A stretch of DNA of 64,000 nucleotides from Dendrobates tinctorius (lineage: Eukaryota): the NCBI RefSeq assembly GCF_039654945.1, contig NW_027362117.1:682001-746000 (forward strand). The letters are read 5' to 3'. This document shows positions 26,499 to 41,700 of this stretch, one piece after another. The notes beneath the pieces are model-generated. The model was given only the letters and a program-made list of their open reading frames with translations. It searched no databases and was not told where the DNA came from. The position numbers and the translations under genes were made by a program. Position 1 is the stretch's first letter. Each line of letters begins with the position of its first letter.

Positions 26499-26720
26499 AT
26501 GGCTCCAAAGAGAAGAGCAGCGTCTCAGGCCAAAGGCCCCGGCAAAGGGAAGAAAGCCAAGGTGAAGGAGGAGGTGAAGGAAGAGGAGCAGGAGGCGGCC
26601 ATCCAGGCCCCGGACCGCTTCCAGAGCGCCGCCCAAGCTCTTAAAGCTGCGACGACCATAAAAAAAGGGAAGGCGAAAGTAGACTCGGCATGTTCAGTGA
26701 GCGGACAAGGCAACATGGAG
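26499..26720 (+). CDS. PARP3: PARP3 coding exon 1 (MAPKRRAASQ...)
   Basis: cacag acceptor directly before the ATG; gtgagt donor. Confidence 0.92.
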
Positions 26721-29700
26721 GTGAGTAACAGGCGGCACTGAGCTGTACTGCAGGCCTAAGGCGGTGACGGGAATGAATCTGGACAATAAGGGTCTTTTCT
26801 CTACGATCACCGTCTTTTCTTGGTGTCACCAGGTCTACGAGGATTATGATTGTATGCTCAACCAGACCAACATCGGGCACAACAACAACAAGTTCTACGT
26901 CATCCAACTGCTCCACAGCACGGACAGCAAGAATACCTACTACTGCTGGAACCGCTGGGGCCGGGTGGTAAGTGAGGGCACCTGTACCCTCCAGAGCTGC
27001 AGGCACAATTCTGGGTTCCTGTGGGCTCTGGGGCTGCAGAGATCAGGCCTTGCTGGGGTTCACAGACATGTTTGTATCTTACATTGTGCAGATTCTGATT
27101 TAGGAGAATAACCCCCAATGTGAACAGGGCAGAAAGCCTCGGGCTGTCCCTCGCCTTACTGAATGGGCCCATGGGAGCCCTGATGACCCGGACCCCTATA
27201 GGACCCCCGCCTCACGTTGGGCGACGGGCTCTTCCTGTGTAACCTCTCTGTGTGGCCCCTGTTGATGGTTCCTGGCCACTTTCTGTCCTGCAGGGCGAGG
27301 TCGGCCAGTCCAAGTTGACCTTTTTCTCCGATGTGAGCGCTGCCACGAAAGACTTCGAGAAGAAGTTTAAGGATAAAACGAAAAACAACTGGTCTGACAG
27401 AGAGAAGTTCACTCCGCATCCGGGAAAGTACACGATGATCGAGGTGGAGCACGACGATGAAGAAGAAGGCGGAGAGGCCGTGGTCAAGGTGAGAGATGAA
27501 GCACAACCCAACCATCATCTACGGTCGGCCCAAAAGAGATCTCCACTCACAGACCTCTGACGAGATCCTCTGTGCTCAGGGTGTCACCTTGATCCTGAGC
27601 AGCATATAATGTGTCCCCCCTTCATCCTGGTATAATGTGTCTCACCCCCCCTCATCCTGGTATAGTGTGTCCCCCCCCCCCCCCATCATGGTATAATGTG
27701 TCTCCCCTCCTCATCCTGGTATAATGTGTGCTCCCCCCTTCATCCAGGTATAATGTGTCTCACCCCCCCCCCCCATCCTGGTATAATGTGTCTCACCCCC
27801 CCCCCATCCTGGTATAATGTGTCTCACCCCCCCTCATCCTGGTATAATGTGTGCTCCCCCCTTCATCCAGGTATAATGTGTCTCACCCCCCCCCCCCATC
27901 CTGGTATAATGTGTCTCACCCCCCCCCCCATCCTGGTATAATGTGTCTCACCCCCCCTCATCCTGGTATAATGTGTCTCACCCCCCCCTCATCCTGGTAT
28001 AATGTGTCTCACCCCCCCTCATCCTGGTATAAGGTGTCTCACCCCCCCTCATCCTGGTATAATGTGTCCCCCCCGCCTCATCCTGGTATAATGTGTCCCC
28101 TCCGCCTCATCCTGGTATAATGTGTCCCCCCCGCCTCATCCTGGTATAATGTGTCTCACCCCCCCCTCATCCTGGTATAATGTGTCCCCCCTTCATCCTG
28201 GTATAATGTGTGTGTGCCCCCCCCTCATCCTGGTATAATGTGTGTGTGCCCCCCCCTCATCCTGGTATAATGTGTCTCACCCCCCCCTCATCCTGGTATA
28301 ATGTGTCCCCCCCCCCCTCATTCTGGTATAATGTCTCACCCCCCCCTCATTCTGGTATAATGTCTCAACCCCCCCTCATTCTGGTATAATATGTCTCACC
28401 CCCCCTCATTCTGGTATAATGCGTGTCCCCCCTGCCTCATCCTGGTAGAATGCGTGTCCCCCCTGCCTCATCCTGGTATAATGTGTGTCCCCCTGCCTCA
28501 TCCAGGTATAATGTGTCCCCCCCCCCCCCCCCACCTCATCCTGGTATAATGTGTCCTGTTATGATGAGTCACCGAAGGAGGAAAAAACAAAATACTAGCT
28601 AAGTCCAGAAAAACCAGAGAGGTTAGCAGCTATCGGATTGCAGACCCCTGAACCTATCCACAACAACTAGCAGTAGCCGTGGGGGGTTCCTACTGTGCCC
28701 TAGACCCCTCGATCACAGCCGGAGAACTACATAGCCTAAAGACAGAAAGGGGAAAAACTAAACTGCCCCAGAGCAGACCCCAAAGCAATAGGCAGCCCCC
28801 AACATATAATGACGGTGAAGCAAGATGAAAACACTAACACAGATAGAAAGATAGGTTGAGCAAATGATGGGGCCCAAACTAACTAAATAGGACAGGATAG
28901 GAAAGCTGTTGTCTGCCATCCGCAAAAACCCTATCCAAAATGAGCCAACCGACTGATAGGAAAAACAGGCCCTGAAGTCGCTAGGCTTCAAAAGACTGTA
29001 TCAGCACTCAGGTATATTCTGAAGACAGAGCAAAAGATCAACTGATCAGAGACAAAAATGGAATTCAGCTCACCCCCGGCCGGGGATGGCAGAACTACCA
29101 AAAAACAAGGCAAAACAAAAACAAAACTGAAGAGTACAAAGCAGAGCAGAAAAACTTAGCTTTGAGATGCAGGAATCAGACTGGTCTCCAAGAATCCAGC
29201 AGGATCACCTGCAAGGCAGAAGGGCGTCGGCTGCCTTATATCTAGTCCTCAATTCCAGCCACCCAGTCATCACCTAGCTGCCCAGGTGTTTGGTAATCAG
29301 CCTCACTACCTTCCTTCACCAGCGGAGGGAGTTCATCAGACCTCAATGGTGAAGGGAAAAATGAACTCACAACAGTGTCTCCCCTTCATCCTGGTATAAT
29401 GTGTGTCCCCCCCTCATCCTGGTATAATGTGTCTCACCCCCCCTCATCCTGGTATAATGTGTCTCACCCCCCCTCATCCTGGTTTAATGTGTCCCCCCCC
29501 CCCCCTCATCCTGGTATAGTGTCTCACCCCCCCCCCTCATCCTGGTATAATGTGACCCCCCCCCTCATCCTGGTATAATGTGTCCCCCCCCCTCATCCTG
29601 GTATAGTGTGTGTGTCCCCCCCTCATCCTGGTTTAATGCGTGTCCCCCCCTGCCTCATCCTGGTATAATGTGTCCCCCCCGCCTTATCCTGGTATAATGT

Positions 29701-32700
29701 GTATCACCCCCCCCTCATCCTGGTATAATGTGTCTCACCCCCCCCCTTCATCCTGGTATAGTCTCGCCCCCCCTCATCCTGGTATAGTGTGTGTCTCCCC
29801 CTGCCTCATCCTGGTATAATGTGTCCCCCCCTCGTCCTGGTATAATGTGTCCCCCCCCCCCTCATCCTGGTTTAATGCGTGTCCTGTCCCCCCCCGCCTC
29901 ATCCTGGTATAATGTGTCCCCCCCCCCCCTCATCCTGGTATAATGTGTCCCCCCCTTCATCCTGGTATAATGTGTGTGTCCCCCCTCATCCTGGTATAAT
30001 GTGTCTCACCCCCCCTCATCCTGGTATAATGTGTCTCACCCCCCCTCATCCTGGTATAATGTGTCTCACCCCCCCTCATCCTGGTATAATGTGTCTCACC
30101 CCCCCTCATCCTGGTATAATGTGTCTCACCCCCCCCCCTCATCCTGGTATAATGTGTCTCACCCCCCCCCCTCATCCTGGTATAATGTCTCACCCCCCCC
30201 CCCCCTTCATCTTGGTATAATGTGTCTCACCCCCCCCCCTCATCCTGGTATAATGTGTCTCACCCCCCCCCCCTCATCCTGGTATAGTGTGTCTCACCCC
30301 CCCCCCCCCTCATCCTGGTATAATGTGTCTCACCCCCCCCCCCCCCCTCATCCTGGTATAATGTGTCTCACCCCCCCCCCCTCATCCTGGTATAATGTGT
30401 CTCACCCCCCCCCCCCCCCCTCATCCTGGTATAATGTGTCTCACCCCCCCCCTCATCCTGGTATAATGTGTCCCCCCCCTGCCTCATCCTGGTATAATGT
30501 GTCTCACCCCCCCCCGATCCTGGTATACTGTGTCTCACCCTGGTATAATATCGTCATCGTCAGCAGAGGTCCCCCCCCCCCTTCATCCTGGTATAATGTC
30601 GTCGTCCCCCCTCATCCTGGTATAATGTGTGGTCCCCCCTTCATCCTGGTATAGTGTCCCCCCCCTCCTCATCCTGGTAGAATGTGTCTCACCCCCCCAT
30701 CCTGGTATATTGCGTCCCCCCCCCCTCATCCTGGTATAATGCGTGTCCCCCCCCTCATCCTGGTATAATGTGTCGTCCCCCCCTTCATCCTGGTATAATG
30801 TGTCGTCCCCCCTTGATCCTGGTATAATGTGTGTGCCCCCCCCCCCCCTCATCCTGGTATAATGTGTGTGTCCCCCCCCCCCTCATCCTGGTATAATGTC
30901 GTCGTCCACCCCCCCCTTCCTGGTATAATGTGTCCGTCGTCCCCCCCCCCCCCCATCCTGGTATAATGTGTCCCCCCCCTTCATCCAGGTGAGATTGCGG
31001 TCAGCGGCCCCCCTACCGCACAGGCCCGGTCATGGTCGCACCCTCTGCGATCGTGATTGTCGCGCCCTGGCCGAGCAGCTTACGTCCTCCACCTTGGCCA
31101 ATCAGATCCCGAATATTGAGGGTCTTTCCTCTCTTGTCCCCACAGGTGGACACCGTGGACGGAGTGTGTAAGAAGGTGCGACCCTGCTCTCTGGACAAGC
31201 CCACCCAAGACCTGGTGTCCCTGATATTCAGCAGCGACATGTTTAAGGACGCCATGCAGACCATGAACCTAGGTACCTGTGTGTGAGCGAGCCGTGCGGG
31301 GGGCCGGGGGGCCGGCGTCGGCTTCACGTCAGGTCTCTATTTCAGACATAAAGAAGATGCCGTTGGGGAAGTTGAGTAAAGCGCAAATAGCGAAGGGGTT
31401 CGATGCCCTCGAGGATCTTCAGGCCGCGATGGACCGGAAGGCGGGAAAGGCGGAGCTGAGCGACCTGTCCTCCCGCTTCTACACCATCATCCCCCACAAC
31501 TTCGGCCGCCAGACGCCCCCCGTCATCAACAGCCTGGAGGTGCTACAGGCCAAGAAGGACATGCTGCTGGTACGGACCGTCGTCTAAGAAAGGGGGTCCG
31601 CCCTAGAAGCCCACCATATTCTGTAATGGGGAATATTAGTACTGGTGTGGGGTAGCGGGGGTCCGGTGTAATCTCTCCTGGTGCGGGGTAGCGGGGGTCC
31701 GGTGTAATCTCTCCTGGTGCGGGGTAGCGGGGGTCCGGTGTAATATCCCCTGGTGTGGGGTAGCGGGGGTCCGGTGTAAACTCCCCTGGTGCGGCGTAGC
31801 GGGGGTCCGGTGTAATCTCCCCTGGTGCGGGGTAGCGGGGGTCCGGTGTAATCTCCTCTGGTGCGGGGCAGCGGGGGTCCGGTGTAATATCCCCTGGTGC
31901 GGGGTAGCGGGGGTCCGGTGTAATCTCCTCTGGTGCGGGGTAGCGGGGGTCCGGTGTAATCTCCTCTGGTGCGGGGCATCGGGGGTCCGGTGTAATCTCC
32001 CCTGGTGCGGGGCATCGGGGGTCCGGTGTAATCTCCCCTGGTGCGGGGTAGCAGGGGTCCGGTGTAATCTCCCCTGGTGCGGGGTAGCAGGGGTCCGGTG
32101 TAATCTCCCCTGGTGCGGGGTAGCGGGGGTCCGGTGTAATATCCCCTGGTGCGGGGTAGCGAAGGTCCGGTGTAATCTCCTCTGGTGCGGGGTAGCGGAG
32201 GTCCGGTGTAATCTCTCCTGGTGCGGGGTAGCGGGGGTCCGGTGTAAACTCTCCTGGTGTGAGGTAGTGGGGTCTGGTGTAATCTCTCCTGGTGCGTGGT
32301 AGCGGGGGTCCGGTGTAATCTCCCCTGGTGTGGCGTAGCGGGGGTCCGGTTTAATCTCTCCTGGAGCGGGGTAGCGGGGGTCCGGTGTAATCTCTTCTGG
32401 TGCGGGGTAGCGGGGGTCCGGTGTAATCTCTCCTGGTGCGGGGTAGCTGGGGGTCCGGTGTAATCTCTCCTGGTGTGAGGTAGTGGGGTCCGGTGTAATC
32501 TCCCCTGGTGCGGGGGTCCGGTGTAGTCTTTGTGCGGAGCAGTTTTCGGTGTAGACCCCCAGGTCCGCTGCCCCCATTGCTCCGTGTCAGTCCTTCCTTC
32601 TGGTTCCCTCCGTCAGGTCCTCGCGGACATTGAGCTGGCGCAGACCCTCCAGGCAGACAAAGTGAAGCAGGAGCAGGAGGCAGCGCTGAGCGAGGTCCCG

Positions 32701-35700
32701 CACCCCCTGGACGTAGATTATCAGCTCCTCAAGTGTCAGCTCAGCGTCGTGGACCCAAAGAATGAAGAATACAAGGTGATCCTGAGACTACAAGACCCCA
32801 AACACGGCGAATGGCGGACATTTACCTGCCCTGACCTCCTGCTTGTATCACTGCTGCAGTGTAAAGCAAGGGGGGATCAGACAGGCTCAGACTGCGATAT
32901 CCAGTGCAGCTAAGCTGATAATTGCTTTATTGTGCTGAAGTTGAGCTGCAGTGTAAAGCAGGAGGCGCAGTACAGACTCCAGTAGTCACTCCATCCGCTC
33001 CGTCATTGATTAGAGCTTTGTTCTTATGGAGCGGAACTGCAGTGTAAAGCAGGGGGCAGAGCATTTCAGCCTCCACTAGCAAGACAGCCGTTTATTACAG
33101 CAATTCCACCCAGAGGCGGTGACTACGCGCTTTATCTGAGGGTCTTGTGTTGCAGGTGATCGACACTTATGTGAAGCACACGGGGTCTTCCTACCATAAG
33201 CTGAAGATCAAGAATGTCTGGCGCGTGGACCGGGAATCTGAGGTCGGTCACAAATCACAGGGTCGGGTTATTCATGCAGATTTCTGGACTAAAAGTCCTT
33301 AAAATGTTACAAAATTTGTGCGACACTCGCGGCTCCATATAAATTCTGCGACTTCTGAGGATTTTATGCAAATTCCAAATTTTACCGACAAAGAGAGCGA
33401 AACTCGGACGGAAAAGGCCACAACCCTCCCCCCGCCCTGACGGACTTTCTAGTTTGGGGGGCACCAGAGTTGTACTTGAGTGGGCGACTCCAGGATCTGA
33501 TAAGTCACCCGTCCTCATGGTGCAGAGCAGGGATCGGCCACTAGGTGGCGCCACACATTGTGTAGTCGTAGAGCTCAATCTCCCGAGTATTGAAGCTATT
33601 GGAAAATATGGAGGCGAGAACCAATCTACAGAGTATCCAAGGCGGGGGCAGGAAGATCAGGGGCAGAGACATAGGCCGACCACCCCCGCCATCCAAAAAT
33701 CGTAACCCCACAGTGATAACTCTGTGAGTACAGATAATGTAGTAGGTGTCACCTGCAGTCCTATGTAACACCACATATAATAAAGTGATGGCTCCCTGAG
33801 TACAGATAATGTGGGAAAGGTCACCTGCAGTCCTATGTAACACAACAGATAACAGTGATAAATCTCTGAGTACAGATAATGTAGTAGATGTCTCCTGCAG
33901 TCCTATGTAACACCACATATAATACAGTGATATCGCTCTGAGTACAGATAATGTAGTAGGTGTCACCTGCAGTCCTATGTAACACCACAGATATCACAGT
34001 GAGTACAGATAGTGTAGCAGATGTCACATCACACAGGCTCTCCATACATGTGTTGTGACTGTGATACATGCAGCTGTGGCGCCTTATAGCTGATTATCTG
34101 GCGCACTCCATGTATCCGGGTTCCCTCTGTAGCTTGCTGAATAAGCCCTGACCCGATCAGATTTGCTCATCTTTGAGTCATCAGAGATGGGGGAGACCGG
34201 CTGCTCACATATCCCACTCCGGGTCAATGACGGCCGATATAAAGGAGAGCAGTTGTCCCATTCATAGTCTATATCTGGAGGTGTGCAGACCTCCAGTACT
34301 GCTTGTGTTTGCTAAAGGACGGGAGAGCTGGACACTAATCCAAGCGGGCGAAGCTGCACCCCCGTGTGGACTGTTACGCCCTTTACCCCCGTGTGGACTG
34401 TTACGCCCTTTACCCCCGTGTGGACTGTTACGCCCTTTACCCCCGTGTGGACTGTTACGCCCTTTACCCCCGTGTGGACTGTTACGCCCTTTACCCCCGT
34501 GTGGACTGTTACGCCCTTTACCCCCGTGTGGACTGTTACGCCCTTTACCCCCGTGTGGACTGTTACGCCCTTTACCCCCGTGTGGACTGTTACGCCCTTT
34601 ACCCCCGTGTGGACTGTTACGCCCTTTACCCCTGTGTGGACTGTTTCGTACTTTACCCCTGTGTGGACTGTTTCGTACTTTACCCCTGTGTGGACTGTTT
34701 CGTACTTTACCCCTGTGTGGACTGTTTCGTACTTTACCCCTGTGTGGGCTGTTTCGTACTTTACCCCTGTGTGGACTGTTTCGTACTTTACCCCTGTGTG
34801 GACTGTTTCGTACTTTACCCCTGTGTGGACTGTTTCGTACTTTACCCCTGTGTGGACTGTTTCGTACTTTACCCCTGTGTGGACTGTTTTGTACTTTACC
34901 CCTGTGTGGACTGTTTTGTACTTTACCCCTGTGTGGACTGTTACGCCCTTTACCCCTGTGTGGACTGTTACGCCCTTTACCCCTGTGTGGACTGTTACGC
35001 CCTTTACCCCTGTGTGGACTGTTACGCCCTTTACCCCTGTGTGGACTGTTACGCCCTTTACCCCTGTGTGGACTGTTACGCCCTTTACCCCTGTGTGGAC
35101 TGTTACGCCCTTTACCCCTGTGTGGACTGTTACGCCCTTTACCCCTGTGTGGACTGTTACGCCCTTTACCCCTGTGTGGACTGTTACGCCCTTTACCCCT
35201 GTGTGGACTGTTACGCCCTTTACCCCTGTGTGGACTGTTACGCCCTTTACCCCTGTGTGGACTGTTACGCCCTTTACCCCTGTGTGGACTGTTACGCCCT
35301 TTACCCCTGTGTGGACTGTTACGCCCTTTACCCCTGTGTGGACTGTTACGCCCTTTACCCCTGTGTGGACTGTTACGCCCTTTACCCCTGTGTGGACTGT
35401 TACGCCCTTTACCCCTGTGTGGACTGTTACGCCCTTTACCCCTGTGTGGACTGTTACGCCCTTTACCCCTGTGTGGACTGTTACGCCCTTTACCCCTGTG
35501 TGGACTGTTACGCCCTTTACCCCTGTGTGGACTGTTACGCCCTTTACCCCTGTGTGGACTGTTACGCCCTTTACCCCTGTGTGGACTGTTACGCCCTTTA
35601 CCCCTGTGTGGACTGTTACGCCCTTTACCCCTGTGTGGACTGTTACGCCCTTTACCCCTGTGTGGACTGTTACGCCCTTTACCCCTGTGTGGACTGTTAC

Positions 35701-38700
35701 GCCCTTTACCCCTGTGTGGACTGTTACGCCCTTTACCCCTGTGTGGACTGTTACGCCCTTTACCCCTGTGTGGACTGTTACGCCCTTTACCCCTGTGTGG
35801 ACTGTTACGCCCTTTACCCCTGTGTGGACTGTTACGCCCTTTACCCCTGTGTGGACTGTTACGCCCTTTACCCCTGTGTGGACTGTTACGCCCTTTACCC
35901 CTGTGTGGACTGTTACGCCCTTTACCCCTGTGTGGACTGTTACGCCCTTTACCCCTGTGTGGACTGTTACGCCCTTTACCCCTGTGTGGACTGTTACGCC
36001 CTTTACCCCTGTGTGGACTGTTACGCCCTTTACCCCTGTGTGGACTGTTACGCCCTTTACCCCTGTGTGGACTGTTACGCCCTTTACCCCTGTGTGGACT
36101 GTTACGCCCTTTACCCCTGTGTGGACTGTTACGCCCTTTACCCCTGTGTGGACTGTTACGCCCTTTACCCCTGTGTGGACTGTTACGCCCTTTACCCCTG
36201 TGTGGACTGTTACGCCCTTTACCCCTGTGTGGACTGTTACGCCCTTTACCCCTGTGTGGACTGTTACGCCCTTTACCCCTGTGTGGACTGTTACGCCCTT
36301 TACCCCTGTGTGGACTGTTACGCCCTTTACCCCTGTGTGGACTGTTACGCCCTTTACCCCTGTGTGGACTGTTACGCCCTTTACCCCTGTGTGGACTGTT
36401 ACGCCCTTTACCCCTGTGTGGACTGTTACGCCCTTTACCCCTGTGTGGACTGTTACGCCCTTTACCCCTGTGTGGACTGTTACGCCCTTTACCCCTGTGT
36501 GGACTGTTACGCCCTTTACCCCTGTGTGGACTGTTACGCCCTTTACCCCTGTGTGGACTGTTACGCCCTTTACCCCTGTGTGGACTGTTACGCCCTTTAC
36601 CCCTGTGTGGACTGTTACGCCCTTTACCCCTGTGTGGACTGTTACGCCCTTTACCCCTGTGTGGACTGTTACGCCCTTTACCCCTGTGTGGACTGTTACG
36701 CCCTTTACCCCTGTGTGGACTGTTACGCCCTTTACCCCTGTGTGGACTGTTACGCCCTTTACCCCTGTGTGGACTGTTACGCCCTTTACCCCTGTGTGGA
36801 CTGTTACGCCCTTTACCCCTGTGTGGACTGTTACGCCCTTTACCCCTGTGTGGACTGTTACGCCCTTTACCCCTGTGTGGACTGTTACGCCCTTTACCCC
36901 TGTGTGGACTGTTACGCCCTTTACCCCTGTGTGGACTGTTACGCCCTTTACCCCTGTGTGGACTGTTACGCCCTTTACCCCTGTGTGGACTGTTACGCCC
37001 TTTACCCCTGTGTGGACTGTTACGCCCTTTACCCCTGTGTGGACTGTTACGCCCTTTACCCCTGTGTGGACTGTTACGCCCTTTACCCCTGTGTGGACTG
37101 TTACGCCCTTTACCCCTGTGTGGACTGTTACGCCCTTTACCCCTGTGTGGACTGTTACGCCCTTTACCCCTGTGTGGACTGTTACGCCCTTTACCCCTGT
37201 GTGGACTGTTACGCCCTTTACCCCTGTGTGGACTGTTACGCCCTTTACCCCTGTGTGGACTGTTACGCCCTTTACCCCTGTGTGGACTGTTACGCCCTTT
37301 ACCCCTGTGTGGACTGTTACGCCCTTTACCCCTGTGTGGACTGTTACGCCCTTTACCCCTGTGTGGACTGTTACGCCCTTTACCCCTGTGTGGACTGTTA
37401 CGCCCTTTACCCCTGTGTGGACTGTTACGCCCTTTACCCCTGTGTGGACTGTTACGCCCTTTACCCCTGTGTGGACTGTTACGCCCTTTACCCCTGTGTG
37501 GACTGTTACGCCCTTTACCCCTGTGTGGACTGTTACGCCCTTTACCCCTGTGTGGACTGTTACGCCCTTTACCCCTGTGTGGACTGTTACGCCCTTTACC
37601 CCTGTGTGGACTGTTACGCCCTTTACCCCTGTGTGGACTGTTACGCCCTTTACCCCTGTGTGGACTGTTACGCCCTTTACCCCTGTGTGGACTGTTACGC
37701 CCTTTACCCCTGTGTGGACTGTTACGCCCTTTACCCCTGTGTGGACTGTTACGCCCTTTACCCCTGTGTGGACTGTTACGCCCTTTACCCCTGTGTGGAC
37801 TGTTACGCCCTTTACCCCTGTGTGGACTGTTACGCCCTTTACCCCTGTGTGGACTGTTACGCCCTTTACCCCTGTGTGGACTGTTACGCCCTTTACCCCT
37901 GTGTGGACTGTTACGCCCTTTACCCCTGTGTGGACTGTTACGCCCTTTACCCCTGTGTGGACTGTTACGCCCTTTACCCCTGTGTGGACTGTTACGCCCT
38001 TTACCCCTGTGTGGACTGTTACGCCCTTTACCCCTGTGTGGACTGTTACGCCCTTTACCCCTGTGTGGACTGTTACGCCCTTTACCCCTGTGTGGACTGT
38101 TACGCCCTTTACCCCTGTGTGGACTGTTACGCCCTTTACCCCTGTGTGGACTGTTACGCCCTTTACCCCTGTGTGGACTGTTACGCCCTTTACCCCTGTG
38201 TGGACTGTTACGCCCTTTACCCCTGTGTGGACTGTTACGCCCTTTACCCCTGTGTGGACTGTTACGCCCTTTACCCCTGTGTGGACTGTTACGCCCTTTA
38301 CCCCTGTGTGGACTGTTACGCCCTTTACCCCTGTGTGGACTGTTACGCCCTTTACCCCTGTGTGGACTGTTACGCCCTTTACCCCTGTGTGGACTGTTAC
38401 GCCCTTTACCCCTGTGTGGACTGTTACGCCCTTTACCCCTGTGTGGACTGTTACGCCCTTTACCCCTGTGTGGACTGTTACGCCCTTTACCCCTGTGTGG
38501 ACTGTTACGCCCTTTACCCCTGTGTGGACTGTTACGCCCTTTACCCCTGTGTGGACTGTTACGCCCTTTACCCCTGTGTGGACTGTTTCGTACTTTACCC
38601 CTGTGTGGACCATGGTATGGTAAAGGCTTCTTGTTGTTTTGGTTTCCTGAGTGGTTTATTGAGTTTTAATAAACCAGCCTGGACTTTTTCCTGAAATCAC

Positions 38701-41700
38701 TTCCTATACCGACCTCAACCGCTGCTGAATGAGTGGAAACCCTACAGGGGAAATTTAAAAAACAAATGAAATGATGGAATAAAAGGTCAATTCCACCTTT
38801 TTGTTTTTTGGGTTTTGTTTTAGCAATGTTCATTCTGCAGTAACAATGACCCGGCACAATAAGGCTGCAGGTCGGAACAATGATGCCCAAACTAAACTCT
38901 GGCTCTGTTCATACATTGCATTTTTGTTTGAGACGAAGCGCAGCATTTTAGGCTACGTTCACACGTAGCGGAACTCTCGCAGAAGTTACCGCGAGAATTC
39001 CGGAATTCAATTCTGTGGGAAAATCGCATTTTAAATTCCCGCGGAAAAACTATCAATGTGCAAGCGTTATTAGCTTACAGAATGCTAGCGTTTTCCAAGC
39101 GATCTGGAGCATCGCTTGGAGAACTGATTGACAGGTTGGTCACACTCGTCAAACATAGTGTATGTCAAGTGTCACCAACTTTATACTATTGAGGCGGCCT
39201 ATGCAGCATCAATAGTAAAAGATAGGATGTAAAAAATATTGTTATTCTCACCTTCCGACGTCCCGCGCAGCTTTCCCGCCTCTCTCCACGCTCCCGCGAG
39301 ATCCCGACATCATCGCGGGCATTCTCGCAAAGGATTACTGGGACCGGGAGCGTGGAGAGAGGCGGGAAGGCTGCGCGGGACGTCGGAAGGTGAGAATAAC
39401 AATATTTTATATTTTAATTCTATTTTTTACAGGGATATGGTACCCAAAGCCCGGAGGACAGTCTCCTCTCCTCCGGACCGTGAGTACCATCCGCAAATGT
39501 TCTGCTTACTTTTCGCATGGTGTGCACAGCCACATGCGGAAAGTAAGCAGAACAATGCATTCCTATGGGTGCGGGATCGCCGCGATTCCGCTAAATTAAT
39601 GAGCATGCTGCGTTTTTTACCGCGAAGTGTTTCCGCAGCGGAAAAAAGCGCAGCATTAGCACAGCATTGTGGAATCCCATAGGAATGCATGGGATGCTTA
39701 TTTTTCACGTTTTCGCTGCAAAATCGCGCGGTTAAAACCGCCGCGGAAATGCGAAAAAACCGCGACGTGTGAACTCAGCCTTATTGTTTCAGTGAAGTGA
39801 ATGCGATCACTGAACCCTCGTGCACATGCAGCTTGTTTGCTCCTTGCAGATTTGATGCAGTTTCTCTTTTGCAGCCGGTCAATTCTTTGAGGGTTTTTTC
39901 CCATTCTTTTAAATAGACAAAAAACGCTGCAGTGTTTGTATCTTGGGCAACATTTCTCCGGCCAACACTCCAGTATTTTCAGCAGATTTCTCGGCTGCAG
40001 ACGCCGGACACAGCGCGCACCCTTATTGGGTTTCTGTATATTTTAGTGGTTAAAGGAAAAATTCAGAACCTTGTAAAAATAAAGATCTGAATGATTCGTG
40101 TTCCCGGATTCTGAGACTGCAACTTCTTTGGGTTTCATCCTCGGTGCTGAGTGAGGTCTTGGGTATTGTTTTTGGTAGTGAAGTTACCGCTTTGTACAAG
40201 TGTGAGACTGCAGGGGGCGCTATAGATAACGCAACTGCCCCAAAAATCGCAATACAAACCTCTGAAGAAATGTCACAGTTACCTGCACACAGAGATGAGC
40301 TTCACCACCATCATCACACCACAGGGGGACCTCGCACGGGGACACCACAGGGGGACCTCGCACTGAGACACCACAGGGGGACCTCGCACGGGGACACCAC
40401 AGGGGGACCTCGCACTGAGACGCCACAGGGGGACCTCGCACTGAGACGCCACAGGGGGACCTCGCACTGAGACGCCACAGGGGGACCTCGCACTGAGACG
40501 CCACAGGGGGACCTCGCACTGAGACGCCACAGGGGGACCTCGCACTGAGACGCCACAGGGGGACCTCGCACTGAGACGCCACAGGGGGACCTCGCACTGA
40601 GACGCCACAGGGGGACCTCGCACTGAGACGCCACAGGGGGACCTCGCACTGAGACGCCACAGGGGGACCTCGCACTGAGACGCCACAGGGGGACCTCGCA
40701 CTGAGACGCCACAGGGGGACCTCGCACTGAGACGCCACAGGGGGACCTCGCACTGAGACGCCACAGGGGGACCTCGCACTGAGACGCCACAGGGGGACCT
40801 CGCACTGAGACGCCACAGGGGGACCTCGCACTGAGACGCCACAGGGGGACCTCGCACTGAGACGCCACAGGGGGACCTCGCACTGAGACGCCACAGGGGG
40901 ACCTCGCACTGGGACGCCACAGGGGGACCTCGCACTGGGACGCCACAGGGGGACCTCGCACTGGGACGCCACAGGGGGACCTCGCACTGGGACGCCACAG
41001 GGGGACCTCGCACTGGGACGCCACAGGGGGACCTCGCACTGGGACGCCACAGGGGGACCTCGCACTGGGACGCCACAGGGGGACCTCGCACTGGGACACC
41101 ACAGGGGGACCTCGCACTGGGACACCACAGGGGGACCTCGCACTGGGACACCACAGGGGGACCTCGCACTGGGACACCACAGGGGGACCTCGCACTGGGA
41201 CACCACAGGGGGACCTCGCACTGGGACACCACAGGGGGACCTCGCACTGGGGGACCTGGCACGGGGACACAACTGATGGAGGCAGAAACCTTCTGTAAAC
41301 CTGTAGGTGACCAGTGTTCAGCCATAATATTCTGACTTCTGCCTCTTCTATTCTAGGAGGAAAGACTCAGCACCCACAAGGACATGGATAACCGCCGGTT
41401 GCTGTGGCACGGAACAAACGTGGCTGTGGTGGCTGCTATTTTAAAAAGTGGCCTGCGCATAATGCCCCATTCAGGGGGACGTGTTGGCAGAGGGATATAT
41501 TTTGCTTCTGAGAACAGCAAATCTGCTGGATACGGTAAGATAATGAAAATAAAACTGTCCACGTTATATACCATGATTAATATGTAAAATATCAAGGAAA
41601 GTTAGCCTAATTCTGCAGGACCCCAGGGATCAATAGCGCAAGGGACCTCGGCCCCCTCTCCAAAAATCATCATATTGCAAACGCTAAAAATAATGAAAAT

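Noticed and set aside
34173-38694. ORFs of 1400-1500 aa
   Set aside because: Translations of a 27-bp minisatellite inside a PARP3 intron; four frames are open only because the unit lacks stops and its length is a multiple of 3
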